Positions 18,736-28,356 of a DNA stretch of 64,000 nucleotides are shown piece after piece (positions within the stretch are counted from its first letter, which is position 1; each line of letters opens with the position of its first letter). A program made the translations under genes and the position numbers. A model generated the notes under the pieces. It ran no database searches and was not told where the DNA came from. It was given only the letters and a program-made list of their open reading frames with translations. The DNA is from Syntrophales bacterium (lineage in GTDB: Bacteria; Desulfobacterota; Syntrophia; Syntrophales; PHBD01), in the NCBI GenBank assembly GCA_963668175.1, contig OY764159.1, positions 1,676,077 to 1,740,076 on the forward strand, given 5' to 3'.

Positions 18736-20820
18736 ATGAACAAGTCCCTTAAATGGTTTCTCATAGTCGCTTTCGGGTTCTGTCTCGGCATCCTGCCGCC
18801 TGCCGTCTGCCCGGCGATGCAGGCCTACGAGCTGGCTCAGAATCTCACCGGCACGGCGTCGGGTACGGTCATCTTCCTCCAGAATCTGTCGCCGTACTCA
18901 ATCAAGCTGACGGCGCACAATGTTTCCGATCCCGTGACGGCCAGTTCCCAGAGCACGGTCCTGGTACCCTTGGGCTTCCCGACGGCGCTGCCCGCGACAG
19001 TCTATCCCTCGTGTACGGCCGTGGCCTACACCTCGCCAATGGTTCCCATATTCGTCAACTTTCAGGACTATAATTCGCCGATCGTCAACCTGTTTCAGCT
19101 CGATTACCTGATCAGCCAGGTTACGGCCCTCGACAACCAGAATCGCCCCGTTACCGCCGACGTCCCGTTCCGTCTCTACATTTCCCATACGGTTCCCCCG
19201 GCGCCAGAACGGGGCAGCATGCATCTGCTCTGGAATCTGTTCAAGGAAGCCCTGTCCATCACCGATGTCGTTCTGGACCCGGAAAGCAAGATAGGGTGGA
19301 TCGCCCTGGCGGCCGACACCTACGATCTCATCGACGACGCCGCCTTCCCGGACGGCAACAAGAATACGGGTTCGCCGAGCAATCCGAACATCATTGCCGC
19401 CTATGCCGTCATGGACTTCACCAGGGAGACCCCCAGCGTCTTCACTACCGACGGGAGTCTCCAGAATACGGATGCCATCGCCACCCAGGCGGGAGGCATG
19501 TCCGCCCCGGCCAACGGCATTATCGTGACGGTTTCGACGGTCCGCGGCAAATGGGGAACGACCGGGGCCGACGTAGTGCCCTACACTTTCGTGACCATTT
19601 ACGACACCCCCCATTTCACGGCAGCCAGCCTCTCCCTGGCCATCAAGGATGCGACCAAGGCGGGGACGCTTACGGCCGATAACGCCACAGCCGGAATGGC
19701 GGTCCGCATGCAGAAGAGCGGCCGCGTGGCGATTATGGAGATCGCCAATGCGTTGAAAGGCTTTTCTCCCCAGCAGTATGCCGCCGTGAACAGCGCCATT
19801 GCGAAGATCAGGGGCGGAAAGGCGCTGGCGTCCGATGAAGCGGCGATCCTGAACGATCTGGGGGCCCGGGCTGACAAGCTGATCCTGGCCCGTGCGACCG
19901 ATTGCCCGTCGGGGGCTTGCACCATGCCCGACGGGACGTGCACGCAGACCAAGCAACTGGACTGCAAGGGCACTTATAAAGGCGACGGGACGACCTGTCC
20001 CACCGGGGCCTGTTTCAAGGACGCCAACACCTGCACCATACTGACGCAGGTGGCCTGCAAGGCGATCTCGGGGGCGACCTACAAGGGCGACAACACGTCC
20101 TGCCCCACCGGCGGCTGTTATTACCAGAGCACCCAGACCTGCGACACCGGCCTTACTCAGGACGCCTGTATCGCCAAGAACGGCAGCTATATGGGCAACT
20201 ATACGGACTGCGGCAAAGGCGCCTGTTACCTTCAGGATAACTGTTCGATTACGTACGGCGGCCTGTGCACGCCGCCCTCGATATATCACGGGACGGGTGC
20301 GGTCTGCGGCGCCGTCATGTCGGTTTCTCCCGTCTATCTCGGCGCCAAGAAAGACCCTTCCGCACAGTTAAGGGGACTCTCGGCCAATGTCCAAAATCCC
20401 TTTGCCGCCCTCACCTTTTCCAGTGAGGATTATCTCATGGCCAACTCTTGTACCGGCCCGATGCTGTCCTGCGGCTTCAGTGTCATGATGGACGCGACCA
20501 AGCCTCTCAAAACGGCCTTCACCGTGTCGGACGGAAAGAAGTCCTTCGATATCAAGGCCACCTGGGGCATGGATCTCCCCCAGACGTCGTTGACGGCGAA
20601 GTCTTCAAAGAAACAGTGCCAGTTCGCCGTTCCCGTCAACTACTCGTCCGGCTCCGTCCAGATCACGGGAGGCCCCGCAGTCGTTGCGAACACCTGCAAC
20701 GGTTCCCAGGGCGACTCCTGCCTGGTCACGCTCAAGACGTCCGTGGGAACGTCCACGGCTACCTTGACGGACCCGGTGACGGGGATCAGCGCCGCAGTGA
20801 GTCTGAACTGCCAGAAGTGA
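18736..20820 (+). CDS. secreted protein with tandem Cys-rich repeats
   Basis: signal peptide; four repeats of C..(T/S)G.C...C....C.G.YKGD.T.CPTG.C; no recognisable family. Confidence 0.65.
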   Translation: MNKSLKWFLIVAFGFCLGILPPAVCPAMQAYELAQNLTGTASGTVIFLQNLSPYSIKLTAHNVSDPVTASSQSTVLVPLGFPTALPATVYPSCTAVAYTSPMVPIFVNFQDYNSPIVNLFQLDYLISQVTALDNQNRPVTADVPFRLYISHTVPPAPERGSMHLLWNLFKEALSITDVVLDPESKIGWIALAADTYDLIDDAAFPDGNKNTGSPSNPNIIAAYAVMDFTRETPSVFTTDGSLQNTDAIATQAGGMSAPANGIIVTVSTVRGKWGTTGADVVPYTFVTIYDTPHFTAASLSLAIKDATKAGTLTADNATAGMAVRMQKSGRVAIMEIANALKGFSPQQYAAVNSAIAKIRGGKALASDEAAILNDLGARADKLILARATDCPSGACTMPDGTCTQTKQLDCKGTYKGDGTTCPTGACFKDANTCTILTQVACKAISGATYKGDNTSCPTGGCYYQSTQTCDTGLTQDACIAKNGSYMGNYTDCGKGACYLQDNCSITYGGLCTPPSIYHGTGAVCGAVMSVSPVYLGAKKDPSAQLRGLSANVQNPFAALTFSSEDYLMANSCTGPMLSCGFSVMMDATKPLKTAFTVSDGKKSFDIKATWGMDLPQTSLTAKSSKKQCQFAVPVNYSSGSVQITGGPAVVANTCNGSQGDSCLVTLKTSVGTSTATLTDPVTGISAAVSLNCQK

Positions 20821-20905
20821 CGCGGAATGCCGGCCTGCCGGCATCTTGACGCGGACAGCATTGTTCCGGATGCGTCCGGAAAAGGTTGAAAGAAAGGAAG
20901 AACGA

Positions 20906-22012
20906 ATGAAAAAAATCAAATGGCCGACCACGTTGCTTGCGCTTTTGCTGTTCTCTGTCCTGGCCGCGGCGGCGGAGGCCTGCTCCGTCGTTCGCGTTAT
21001 CGCCAAGGACGGAACCATCATCAGCGCCCGCACGATGGAATTCGGCATGGATATGAAGTACAACGCCATGGTCGTCCCGCGGGGCAAGGTTTTCGCCAGT
21101 CCCGCCCCCGGCAAGGGAACGGGGCTGAAATGGAAGACGCGCTACGGGTACGTTGCCGTCAATGCCTTGGGCGACGAGACAGTCGCCACGGACGGCATGA
21201 ACGAAGCGGGCCTGTCCATGAGCCATCTGTGGTATGAAAACGACATGGAATGGCAGACTGCGGGTTCGTCGGAAAAGGCGGAGGCCCTGGCCAACGCGAT
21301 GTTCGGCACGTGGATCCTCGGCAATTTCGCCACCGTCGACGAAGCGGCGAAGGCCCTGAAGAAGATCAAGGTCTTCAGCTACAAGGTGGCCGAGGCGGGC
21401 AACGTCTCATTCCCCGCCCACTTTATCATCAACGACGCCAAGGGCGGCTCCATCGTCATCGAGTACGACAAGGGCCAGCTCCACGTCTACGACAATCCCC
21501 TGGGGATTATGACCAACGCGCCGAACTTCCCCTGGATGGTCAACAACCTCCGCAATTACGTCGGCATGACCAACGACCAGCGCGGGGCTCAGGACTTCGG
21601 CGGCATGAAGCTTCCCGCCACTGGCCACGGCGCGGGGATGCTCGGCCTGCCGGGGGACATCACGCCCCCGAGCCGGTTCGTCCGTCTCGCCGTCCTGTCG
21701 AAGTTCGCCGATCCCCAGGAAACGGCCGAAGGGGCTTTGAACCTCGCCCAGCATCTCGTCAGCACGATCCATATCGTGAAGGGCACGATCGTGGACCGCG
21801 ACAAGGACGGCAAGATCGTCGCGAGCGAAACGACCCAGTGGTCGTCCTACCGGGACCTCACGAACCGCATCTTCTATTTCCGCACCTACGATAACTTCAA
21901 TATGCGGAAGATCGACCTGAAGCGGCTCGACTTCACCGGGCCCAAGGTCCGGCAGATCGAGATCGTCCAGGACCGGGAGGCGATTGCGGACGTCACCGAC
22001 CGTCTGAAATAA
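20906..22012 (+). CDS. choloylglycine hydrolase / penicillin V acylase family Ntn-hydrolase (secreted)
   Basis: signal peptide ending AEA followed by nucleophile Cys (CSVVRV...ARTMEF); GLPGDITPPSRF matches PVA motif GLPGDFTPSARF. Confidence 0.85.
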   Translation: MKKIKWPTTLLALLLFSVLAAAAEACSVVRVIAKDGTIISARTMEFGMDMKYNAMVVPRGKVFASPAPGKGTGLKWKTRYGYVAVNALGDETVATDGMNEAGLSMSHLWYENDMEWQTAGSSEKAEALANAMFGTWILGNFATVDEAAKALKKIKVFSYKVAEAGNVSFPAHFIINDAKGGSIVIEYDKGQLHVYDNPLGIMTNAPNFPWMVNNLRNYVGMTNDQRGAQDFGGMKLPATGHGAGMLGLPGDITPPSRFVRLAVLSKFADPQETAEGALNLAQHLVSTIHIVKGTIVDRDKDGKIVASETTQWSSYRDLTNRIFYFRTYDNFNMRKIDLKRLDFTGPKVRQIEIVQDREAIADVTDRLK

Positions 22013-22311
22013 TCACGCATTGCGACCGTCCCGCGGCTTTCCCGGCCGCGGGACGGTCGCGCTCTTCTTCCGTGGTTCCCTCTTCATGAAGCCGGCATGT
22101 GGGGCAAACGGTTCTTCTCCGGCCCCCTCCCGTCAGATAAAAGCTATCAATATCCCTCCATATAACCCCGATTGTCCGCCCCAGGCCCCGGGAGTAATTT
22201 ATAAAGCAGGAAGTCCTCCGCGGCGACGGGCTGCGAACCCGCAGGGTATGGGGATAACGGTTGCCTCCCGGAGCGCAGAGGGTGCACGGGAACGGACAAA
22301 GAGGAAAGGAA

Positions 22312-23523
22312 ATGAAACAGGGATACCGCACCACGGCCGTCGTCTGGATCGTTGCCCTGTCCCTTCTTGTGCCGATGCCCGTGCTCGCCCAACAACCGCC
22401 GGAAGATGCTGCGGCGCAAAAGTCCCACGTCTATTCCCAGGAAGAACTCGACCGGCTCCTCGCGCCTATCGCGCTCTATCCCGATACGCTGCTTTCGCAG
22501 ATTCTCATGGCGGCCACGTATCCCCTGGAGGTGGTCGAGGCCGACCGCTGGCTCAAGCAGAACAAGGGCCTGGGCGTCGACGCCCTCGATGCGGCCATGA
22601 TGTCGAAACCCTGGGACGTGAGCGTGAAGTCGCTGTGCCACTATCCGCAGGTGCTCGCCATGATGAGCGACAAGCTGGAACTGACGAACGACCTGGGCAA
22701 CGCCTTCCTCAATCAGCAGGAACAGGTGATGAATACCGTTCAGGATCTCCGCGCCAAGGCGCAGTCCCGCGGCAATCTCACGGCGACCGAGAAGCAGAAG
22801 GTCGCCTCCGAGGACGGGGCCATTACCATCGTCCCGGCAACCCCCGAGGTCGTCTACGTGCCGGCCTACGATCCCTGCTGGGTTTACGGGCCATGGTGGT
22901 ATCCCTCCTGCACGCCGTGGTGGTTCTGGTATCCGGGGATCGTGGTCGGCGCCGGGTTCTTCTTCGGTCCGCCCTGCTTTGTCGGCCCCCTCGATTTCTG
23001 GTGCGGTTTCCGCTGGCGGCGTCACGAAATATTCGTCAGTGTCAACAAGACGTTTGTCGTCCACAACCCTTCCTTCACCAGGATGCACGGCGGTACGGAG
23101 GTCTGGGTACACGATCCCGCGCACCGGCGCGGCGTGGCCTATACCCGGCCGGAAACCGCCCGCCGCTTTGGTCAGATGGTCCGTCCGGGTGTGGACGCCC
23201 GCCGGTCGTTCCGGGGATTCGCACCGGAAGGCATCCGGCCGGGGACACCCGCGGGTTCCGCGGCGCGGCCGTTTTCGCCGTCGCCGGGGATAGGAAAACC
23301 AGGCAGGCCGTTTTCGCAGCCGCAGGGTGTCTCTCCGGCTTTCAGGCCGTCTTCGCCGCAGGCCGGGCACGCTTTTGAGGGTTTCGGAGCGAGCCACGGG
23401 GAAGTCGTGCAGCACAGCGAGCGCGGGCACAGCAGTGTGGGAAGCAGCGGCGGCGGCCGCGTCGGGGGAGGCAGTATCGGCGGCCACGTCGGCGGCGGTC
23501 ACGTGGGGGGAGGCAGGCGATGA
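22312..23523 (+). CDS. DUF3300-family secreted protein
   Basis: signal peptide, conserved LLAPIALYPDTLLSQILMAATYP block, Gly/Arg-rich C-terminus. Confidence 0.7.
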   Translation: MKQGYRTTAVVWIVALSLLVPMPVLAQQPPEDAAAQKSHVYSQEELDRLLAPIALYPDTLLSQILMAATYPLEVVEADRWLKQNKGLGVDALDAAMMSKPWDVSVKSLCHYPQVLAMMSDKLELTNDLGNAFLNQQEQVMNTVQDLRAKAQSRGNLTATEKQKVASEDGAITIVPATPEVVYVPAYDPCWVYGPWWYPSCTPWWFWYPGIVVGAGFFFGPPCFVGPLDFWCGFRWRRHEIFVSVNKTFVVHNPSFTRMHGGTEVWVHDPAHRRGVAYTRPETARRFGQMVRPGVDARRSFRGFAPEGIRPGTPAGSAARPFSPSPGIGKPGRPFSQPQGVSPAFRPSSPQAGHAFEGFGASHGEVVQHSERGHSSVGSSGGGRVGGGSIGGHVGGGHVGGGRR

Positions 23524-23549
23524 CAGGGATATCGGGCAAAAGAAGGCCG

Positions 23550-24479
23550 ATGGCATTCGCTAGGCTGCTTTGCTGTGCGGCGGTTGCAGTCATGGCGATC
23601 CACGCAGCCCCGGGTGAAGGCCTGGCTGCGAAGGCCAGACAGCTCGCGTTCGACTCGCCCGAAGCGGCCTTCAATGCGATGATGCAGGCCATTCGGACCG
23701 GCGACGGCGGGCAGCTTAAGGCCCTGTTCGGCCCGGCCGGTAAAGACATCTTTCCCGCCGACCCGGAGGGGAGCGCCGCCCTGAGGAAGAAATTCGCCGC
23801 GGCCTACGACGAAAAATTCCGCCTGGAACGCCGGGGCGAGGACAAGGCGGTCCTGCACGTGGGCGACAACGACTGGCCCTGGCCCGTTCCCCTGGTCAAA
23901 GCCGGCAAACGCTGGCGGTTCGATACGGCGGAGGGCATCCGGGAAATCGTTGCGCGCCGGATCGGCAGGAACGAAATCTCCGCCATCCAGGTCTGCCTCG
24001 CCTATGTGGACGCGCAGCGGGAATACGCCGCAGAGCATCGCACCGGGGATATCGGCGAATATTCGCAGAAGCTCGCAAGCGACCCGGGCCTCAAGAACGG
24101 GCTCTGCTGGGAAACCAGGGAAGGGGAGAGGCCGAGCTTTCTCGGGCCGCTGCTCGTCGGGGCCTGCAAGACCGAAGCGACGGGAACGACCCCGCTTGTG
24201 ACGTCCTTCGCCCCCTATCACGGTTACTATTACAGGATCCTCAAGCGTCAAGGCCGGGCGGCGCCCGGAGGCGCCTACGGCTACGTCGTGGACGGGAAGA
24301 TGATCGGCGGATTTGCCCTCGTCGCGTATCCGGCCGTGTACGGCGCTTCGGGAATCATGACGTTCATCGTCGATAAGGACGGCGTCGTCTACCAGAAAGA
24401 CCTGGGCCGCTACACGGAGAAGCTTGCCGAGTCGATGGAGAGCTACAATCCCGACGCCACCTGGAAAAAAGTGGATTGA
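23550..24479 (+). CDS. DUF2950-family secreted protein
   Basis: signal peptide; typical partner of DUF3300; FALVAYPAVYGASGIMTFIV block. Confidence 0.65.
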   Translation: MAFARLLCCAAVAVMAIHAAPGEGLAAKARQLAFDSPEAAFNAMMQAIRTGDGGQLKALFGPAGKDIFPADPEGSAALRKKFAAAYDEKFRLERRGEDKAVLHVGDNDWPWPVPLVKAGKRWRFDTAEGIREIVARRIGRNEISAIQVCLAYVDAQREYAAEHRTGDIGEYSQKLASDPGLKNGLCWETREGERPSFLGPLLVGACKTEATGTTPLVTSFAPYHGYYYRILKRQGRAAPGGAYGYVVDGKMIGGFALVAYPAVYGASGIMTFIVDKDGVVYQKDLGRYTEKLAESMESYNPDATWKKVD

Positions 24480-24679
24480 CCATCGGGACCCGCCGGTTAT
24501 TCTTTTCCCGGTTCCCGGCTTCGCGCCGCCGGACCTTGCCGGAAAGAAATCCTGTCTGCAAAGGCCTTCCTGTGTTATAAGAAGAGAGTTGCGGCCGGCT
24601 GGGCCTCCACGGGCCGCAGCGGTTCTTCTCTGTCCTTGCGCATCGCGGATGCGGACGACATTCCCTGGAGGAAGGAGGA

Positions 24680-25624
24680 ATGAGCATGCTTCAATCCCCC
24701 TGGCTGCGGGCGGCCCGCCTGCAACTGCACACCATCGGTTTCGCCCCGCTTCTCCTCGGCAACGTCGCCGCCTGGTACGAGCAAGGTGTTTTCAGTTGGC
24801 CGCGGTTCATCCTTTCCCTGCTGATCGGGCTTTTCCTCCATATCATCACGGCGTTCGTCAACGACGTGGCGGATGTCGGCACCGACGGGGCCAACCTTTC
24901 CCGGACACCCTTTTCCGGAGGTTCGGGCGTCCTCGTCGAGGGACGGCTATCCCGTGCCGACCTGGCCGCGGGCGCGAGCGGACTGGCCTTCCTTTCTCTG
25001 GCCCTGACCTGGGTGCTGATCTTCGTCCTCCATGTCCATTGGGCGATCGCTCTCTTTGTCGGCTGGGGCCTGTTCTCCGCCGTAGAATACAGCCTCCCCC
25101 CCGTGAAGCTCGCCTACCGGGGAGGCGGCGAATTCCTGGTCCTCGTGACCTACAGCCTGGCGCTGGTATGGGCCGGATATTTCGTGCAGGCGGGCTTCGC
25201 CTATTCGCCCTTGATCTGGGTGTTTTCCGTTCCGATAGGTTTCGCCGTCTTCACGTTGATTACGGTAACGCAGTTTCCGGACCGGGAGGCCGATGCGAAG
25301 GCCGGCAAGCGGTCGCTCGTCATCCTCTTCGGCGAAAAAACGACCCTGCGCATCTGTGCGCTCGCCGTTATGCTCGGTATGGCCGGCATTGTCACGTCCT
25401 TCCTGACGGGTTTCGTTCCGGTCTGGGCGGGGGTGATGTCGCTCCTCGCTTTGCCCCTCACGTATCGCCTGGCGAAAACGATGCTTCGTCCCGACCTGGA
25501 CGGGACAGCCCTTTATATGAAGCTCAGCCGGGAGACCTTGCTCCTGACGCTCTGGTTCAGTCTGGCGCCGGCCGCCGGCCTGATCGTGCAGCGCTGGATG
25601 GGTTTTCAGGGGTTGTGTGGATGA
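24680..25624 (+). CDS. UbiA-family membrane prenyltransferase
   Basis: about 8 TM helices; first Asp-rich motif NDVADVGTDGAN, second D-rich region DREADAKAG. Confidence 0.75.
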   Translation: MSMLQSPWLRAARLQLHTIGFAPLLLGNVAAWYEQGVFSWPRFILSLLIGLFLHIITAFVNDVADVGTDGANLSRTPFSGGSGVLVEGRLSRADLAAGASGLAFLSLALTWVLIFVLHVHWAIALFVGWGLFSAVEYSLPPVKLAYRGGGEFLVLVTYSLALVWAGYFVQAGFAYSPLIWVFSVPIGFAVFTLITVTQFPDREADAKAGKRSLVILFGEKTTLRICALAVMLGMAGIVTSFLTGFVPVWAGVMSLLALPLTYRLAKTMLRPDLDGTALYMKLSRETLLLTLWFSLAPAAGLIVQRWMGFQGLCG

Positions 25625-25746
25625 ATGCCCGGTTCGGCCCGGTGACCTCCGCGCGGCATGTCGGGGGAGACCGGAATCCGGCGCTTCGGTGGTTCGTGTA
25701 AGGCAAAACTCCGTCGGGATGCGTCCGGGACGCATCGGGAAAAGGC

Positions 25747-27387
25747 ATGAGGACTTTCCGCATCATATTCGGTCTCATCGTCGATCTGGCCCTCTTCGGA
25801 ATGTTTGTTCCCTGGGCGACATTCCGGACGGGACATCTCCTCGACGGCCTCTTTCCGGTTTCCCTTCGTCCGGCTCTTCTTTTTGACGCCGCGGGCTGCG
25901 TGTTCGCCGCGGCGGGAGGGGCGTGGCTGCTCTGGTCGTGGTATCTCCTTGTCCGGGAAGGCCGCGGCTACATGACGGAGCTTTTCCGCATCGAGATTTC
26001 CCCCGTGACGGAGCGGCTCGTTGTCTCCGGGCCGTTTTCCCTCCACCGCCATCCCGTCTGCGCGGGCTACCTCTTCCTCCTCGCCGGCATCGGACTTGCG
26101 AAAGGCTCCTTCTGGTCGGCCGCCGGATGCGCGCCCCTGATTCTCGTCCTTGTTTCCGTCTATCTTCGCCTCTTCGAGGACCCGGGCCTCCGCCGGCGGT
26201 TCGCTGCGGAATACGACGATTATGCCCGACGGGTCCCCATGTTCTTTCCCGGCAGGCCCGGGCGCGTTTCCGTCGCCTACCGCAACCTCATCGCCGACCG
26301 GATACGCTTTGCCGTCACCGTCGCCGGGGTCGCCTTCGCGGTGCTCCTCATCTGCTTCCAGCTTTCGGTCCTCAAGGGAACGCGGAGCCAGATCACGACC
26401 TACATCGACCACGTCGGCGCGGACGTCTGGGTGATGCAGAAGGGCGTCGACGACTTCGTCGCAACATCCGCCGTTCCGAAAACGAGTGTCGATGCCGTGA
26501 AAAAGCTGAATGGCGTCCGGAAGGCGGAGGGTATTTACGCCGTTTATACCCTGATCGAAGTCAATAAGGTGAAGTCCCGGGTATACGTGATCGGCTACGA
26601 CACTGCCACGGGCGATGGCGGCCCGTGGAAGCTGGGAGAAACCCTGCCTCACATCGCCGGGGCGCGGTCGCTCAAAGACGGTGAAGTCCTCCTCGACCGT
26701 GACCTTGCCCGCCGCCATCATCTGAAAGTCGGCGACCGTGTCTCCCTCTTCGGCCAGACGTTCACCGTCGCCGGCTTCACGCTGGAGACGAACTCCATCG
26801 GGAGCCAGTACGCCTTCCTCTCCCGGGATTCCGTAGGCGGGATCATGCCGGGCGGCGGGTCCTTCTTCACCCATGTGCTCGTCTGGACGGACGGGACGGT
26901 TTCCGGCCCGGAGATGGTCCGGCGGATCGCTGCGGCCACGGGCCTCGGCTGCCTCGCGCGGGAGGTCCTCGACGACCACATGCGCGATTTTCTCGGAATG
27001 TTCATGCTGCCCCTGCTCACGGCGGGCGTCGTCATGGGATTCCTCGTCGGGTCCGTCACCATCGGTATTACCCTGTACACGGCCGTTCTGGAGCGGTTCA
27101 AAGAATACGGGACGATGAAGGCCCTGGGGGCGACGGACCGGTTTCTCTACGGCATCCTCCTGAGGCAGGCCCTTATCTCCCTGGGCTTGGGCACGGCCGT
27201 GGGCCTGGCGCTCGCGGCGGGTGCGGACCGTTTCATCAATCTCTGGGTCCCCGGCATGACGGCCGGCCTCGACAGGGACACGGTCCTGCAGACTGTCCTT
27301 GCGGGACTGCTCATGGCGGTCCTGAGCACAGGCCTCCCCATGTGGCGGCTTTACAGGTTGGACCCGATGGAGGCCTTCCGGTCATGA
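25747..27387 (+). CDS. fusion protein: ICMT/PEMT-like methyltransferase domain (N-terminal) plus MacB/FtsX-type ABC permease (C-terminal)
   Basis: residues 1-160: VSGPFSLHRHPVCAGYLF...EDPGLRRRFAAEYDDYARRVP (isoprenylcysteine carboxyl methyltransferase signature); from about residue 165: AYRNL...TM1, MacB-like periplasmic domain, three further C-terminal TM helices; no stop between the two parts. Confidence 0.7.
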   Translation: MRTFRIIFGLIVDLALFGMFVPWATFRTGHLLDGLFPVSLRPALLFDAAGCVFAAAGGAWLLWSWYLLVREGRGYMTELFRIEISPVTERLVVSGPFSLHRHPVCAGYLFLLAGIGLAKGSFWSAAGCAPLILVLVSVYLRLFEDPGLRRRFAAEYDDYARRVPMFFPGRPGRVSVAYRNLIADRIRFAVTVAGVAFAVLLICFQLSVLKGTRSQITTYIDHVGADVWVMQKGVDDFVATSAVPKTSVDAVKKLNGVRKAEGIYAVYTLIEVNKVKSRVYVIGYDTATGDGGPWKLGETLPHIAGARSLKDGEVLLDRDLARRHHLKVGDRVSLFGQTFTVAGFTLETNSIGSQYAFLSRDSVGGIMPGGGSFFTHVLVWTDGTVSGPEMVRRIAAATGLGCLAREVLDDHMRDFLGMFMLPLLTAGVVMGFLVGSVTIGITLYTAVLERFKEYGTMKALGATDRFLYGILLRQALISLGLGTAVGLALAAGADRFINLWVPGMTAGLDRDTVLQTVLAGLLMAVLSTGLPMWRLYRLDPMEAFRS

Positions 27388-28058
27388 CGCCAGTCATAGA
27401 AGCCCAGGACGTATCCCGGCGTTTCGGGCCGGGCGGCAACGAAGTCGTGGCGGTCGACAGCGTTTCCCTGCGCGTCGGCGCCGGGGAAATGGTCATGCTC
27501 ATGGGGCCGTCCGGGAGCGGCAAGACGACGCTCCTGGCGATGCTGGGCTGCATCCTCAGGCCTTCCTCGGGAAGCATCCGCATCATGGGGAAGGAGGCCG
27601 GCGGTCTATCTCCTGTCGAGCTGGCGCGGCTTCGGGCGCAGGCCATCGGCTTCGTCTTCCAGGGGTTCAATCTCCTGGCCGCCTTGACGGCGATGGAAAA
27701 CGTCGTCCTGGCCGGCGAGTTCGTCTCTCCGCGCCCCCGCGATATAAGGAAACGCGCCGAGGCCGTCCTCGTGCAGATGGGGCTCGGCCGCCGCCTCCAT
27801 CACCTGCCGGAGCATCTTTCCGCCGGGGAGAAGCAGCGCGTGGCCTTCGCCCGGGCGCTCATCAACGGCCCCGGGATCGTCCTTGCCGACGAGCCGACGG
27901 CGAATCTCGACGCGGAGAACCGCGACCTGGTCGTGAGCCTCCTTTTGACCGCCGCCAGGGAACGGAACGTCGCCGTCGTCATCGCGACCCACGACGACCG
28001 CATCGAACACATCGCCGACCGTGTCATCCGCATGGGCGACGGTAAGATCGTTCCATAA
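27384..28058 (+). CDS. ABC transporter ATP-binding protein (MacB/LolD-type)
   Basis: Walker A GPSGSGKTT, signature LSAGEKQRVAFARAL, Walker B VLADEPT; ATGA overlap with permease stop. Confidence 0.9.
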   Translation: MTPVIEAQDVSRRFGPGGNEVVAVDSVSLRVGAGEMVMLMGPSGSGKTTLLAMLGCILRPSSGSIRIMGKEAGGLSPVELARLRAQAIGFVFQGFNLLAALTAMENVVLAGEFVSPRPRDIRKRAEAVLVQMGLGRRLHHLPEHLSAGEKQRVAFARALINGPGIVLADEPTANLDAENRDLVVSLLLTAARERNVAVVIATHDDRIEHIADRVIRMGDGKIVP

Positions 28059-28356
28059 TGCCTCATTCGCTTGTTTAATGTCCCGATGCGCCCTCGTCCC
28101 CCTCTTTCGTCAATGAGACATCTTCATGAGGATTCCCGGAGTGCCGATCGCGCGCCTTCGCCGATCGGTATCGTAAGCCCCGCCTGACAGCGTTCCCATA
28201 ACTCAATACCGCCGGTTTTTTCTTGGCCGAATCTTCCTCTGTTCCGCGGAACGTCGCCGGCTGCGGGATAGCTGGGCGTGGCGAAGAGAGGAGATAGGGC
28301 AAAGAAAGGTTGACAAAACCGGCCGGAGGGCCCTAGATAGGTCCACGGAAAAAGCG

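Noticed and set aside
25747-27387. Alternative reading of the ICMT-FtsX ORF as two genes (permease starting at internal MFFPGRPGRVSVAYRNL)
   Set aside because: There is no stop codon between the methyltransferase-like and permease parts and both are in the same frame, so a genuine fusion is the simpler reading. A sequencing frameshift cannot be excluded and is listed as the refutation test.
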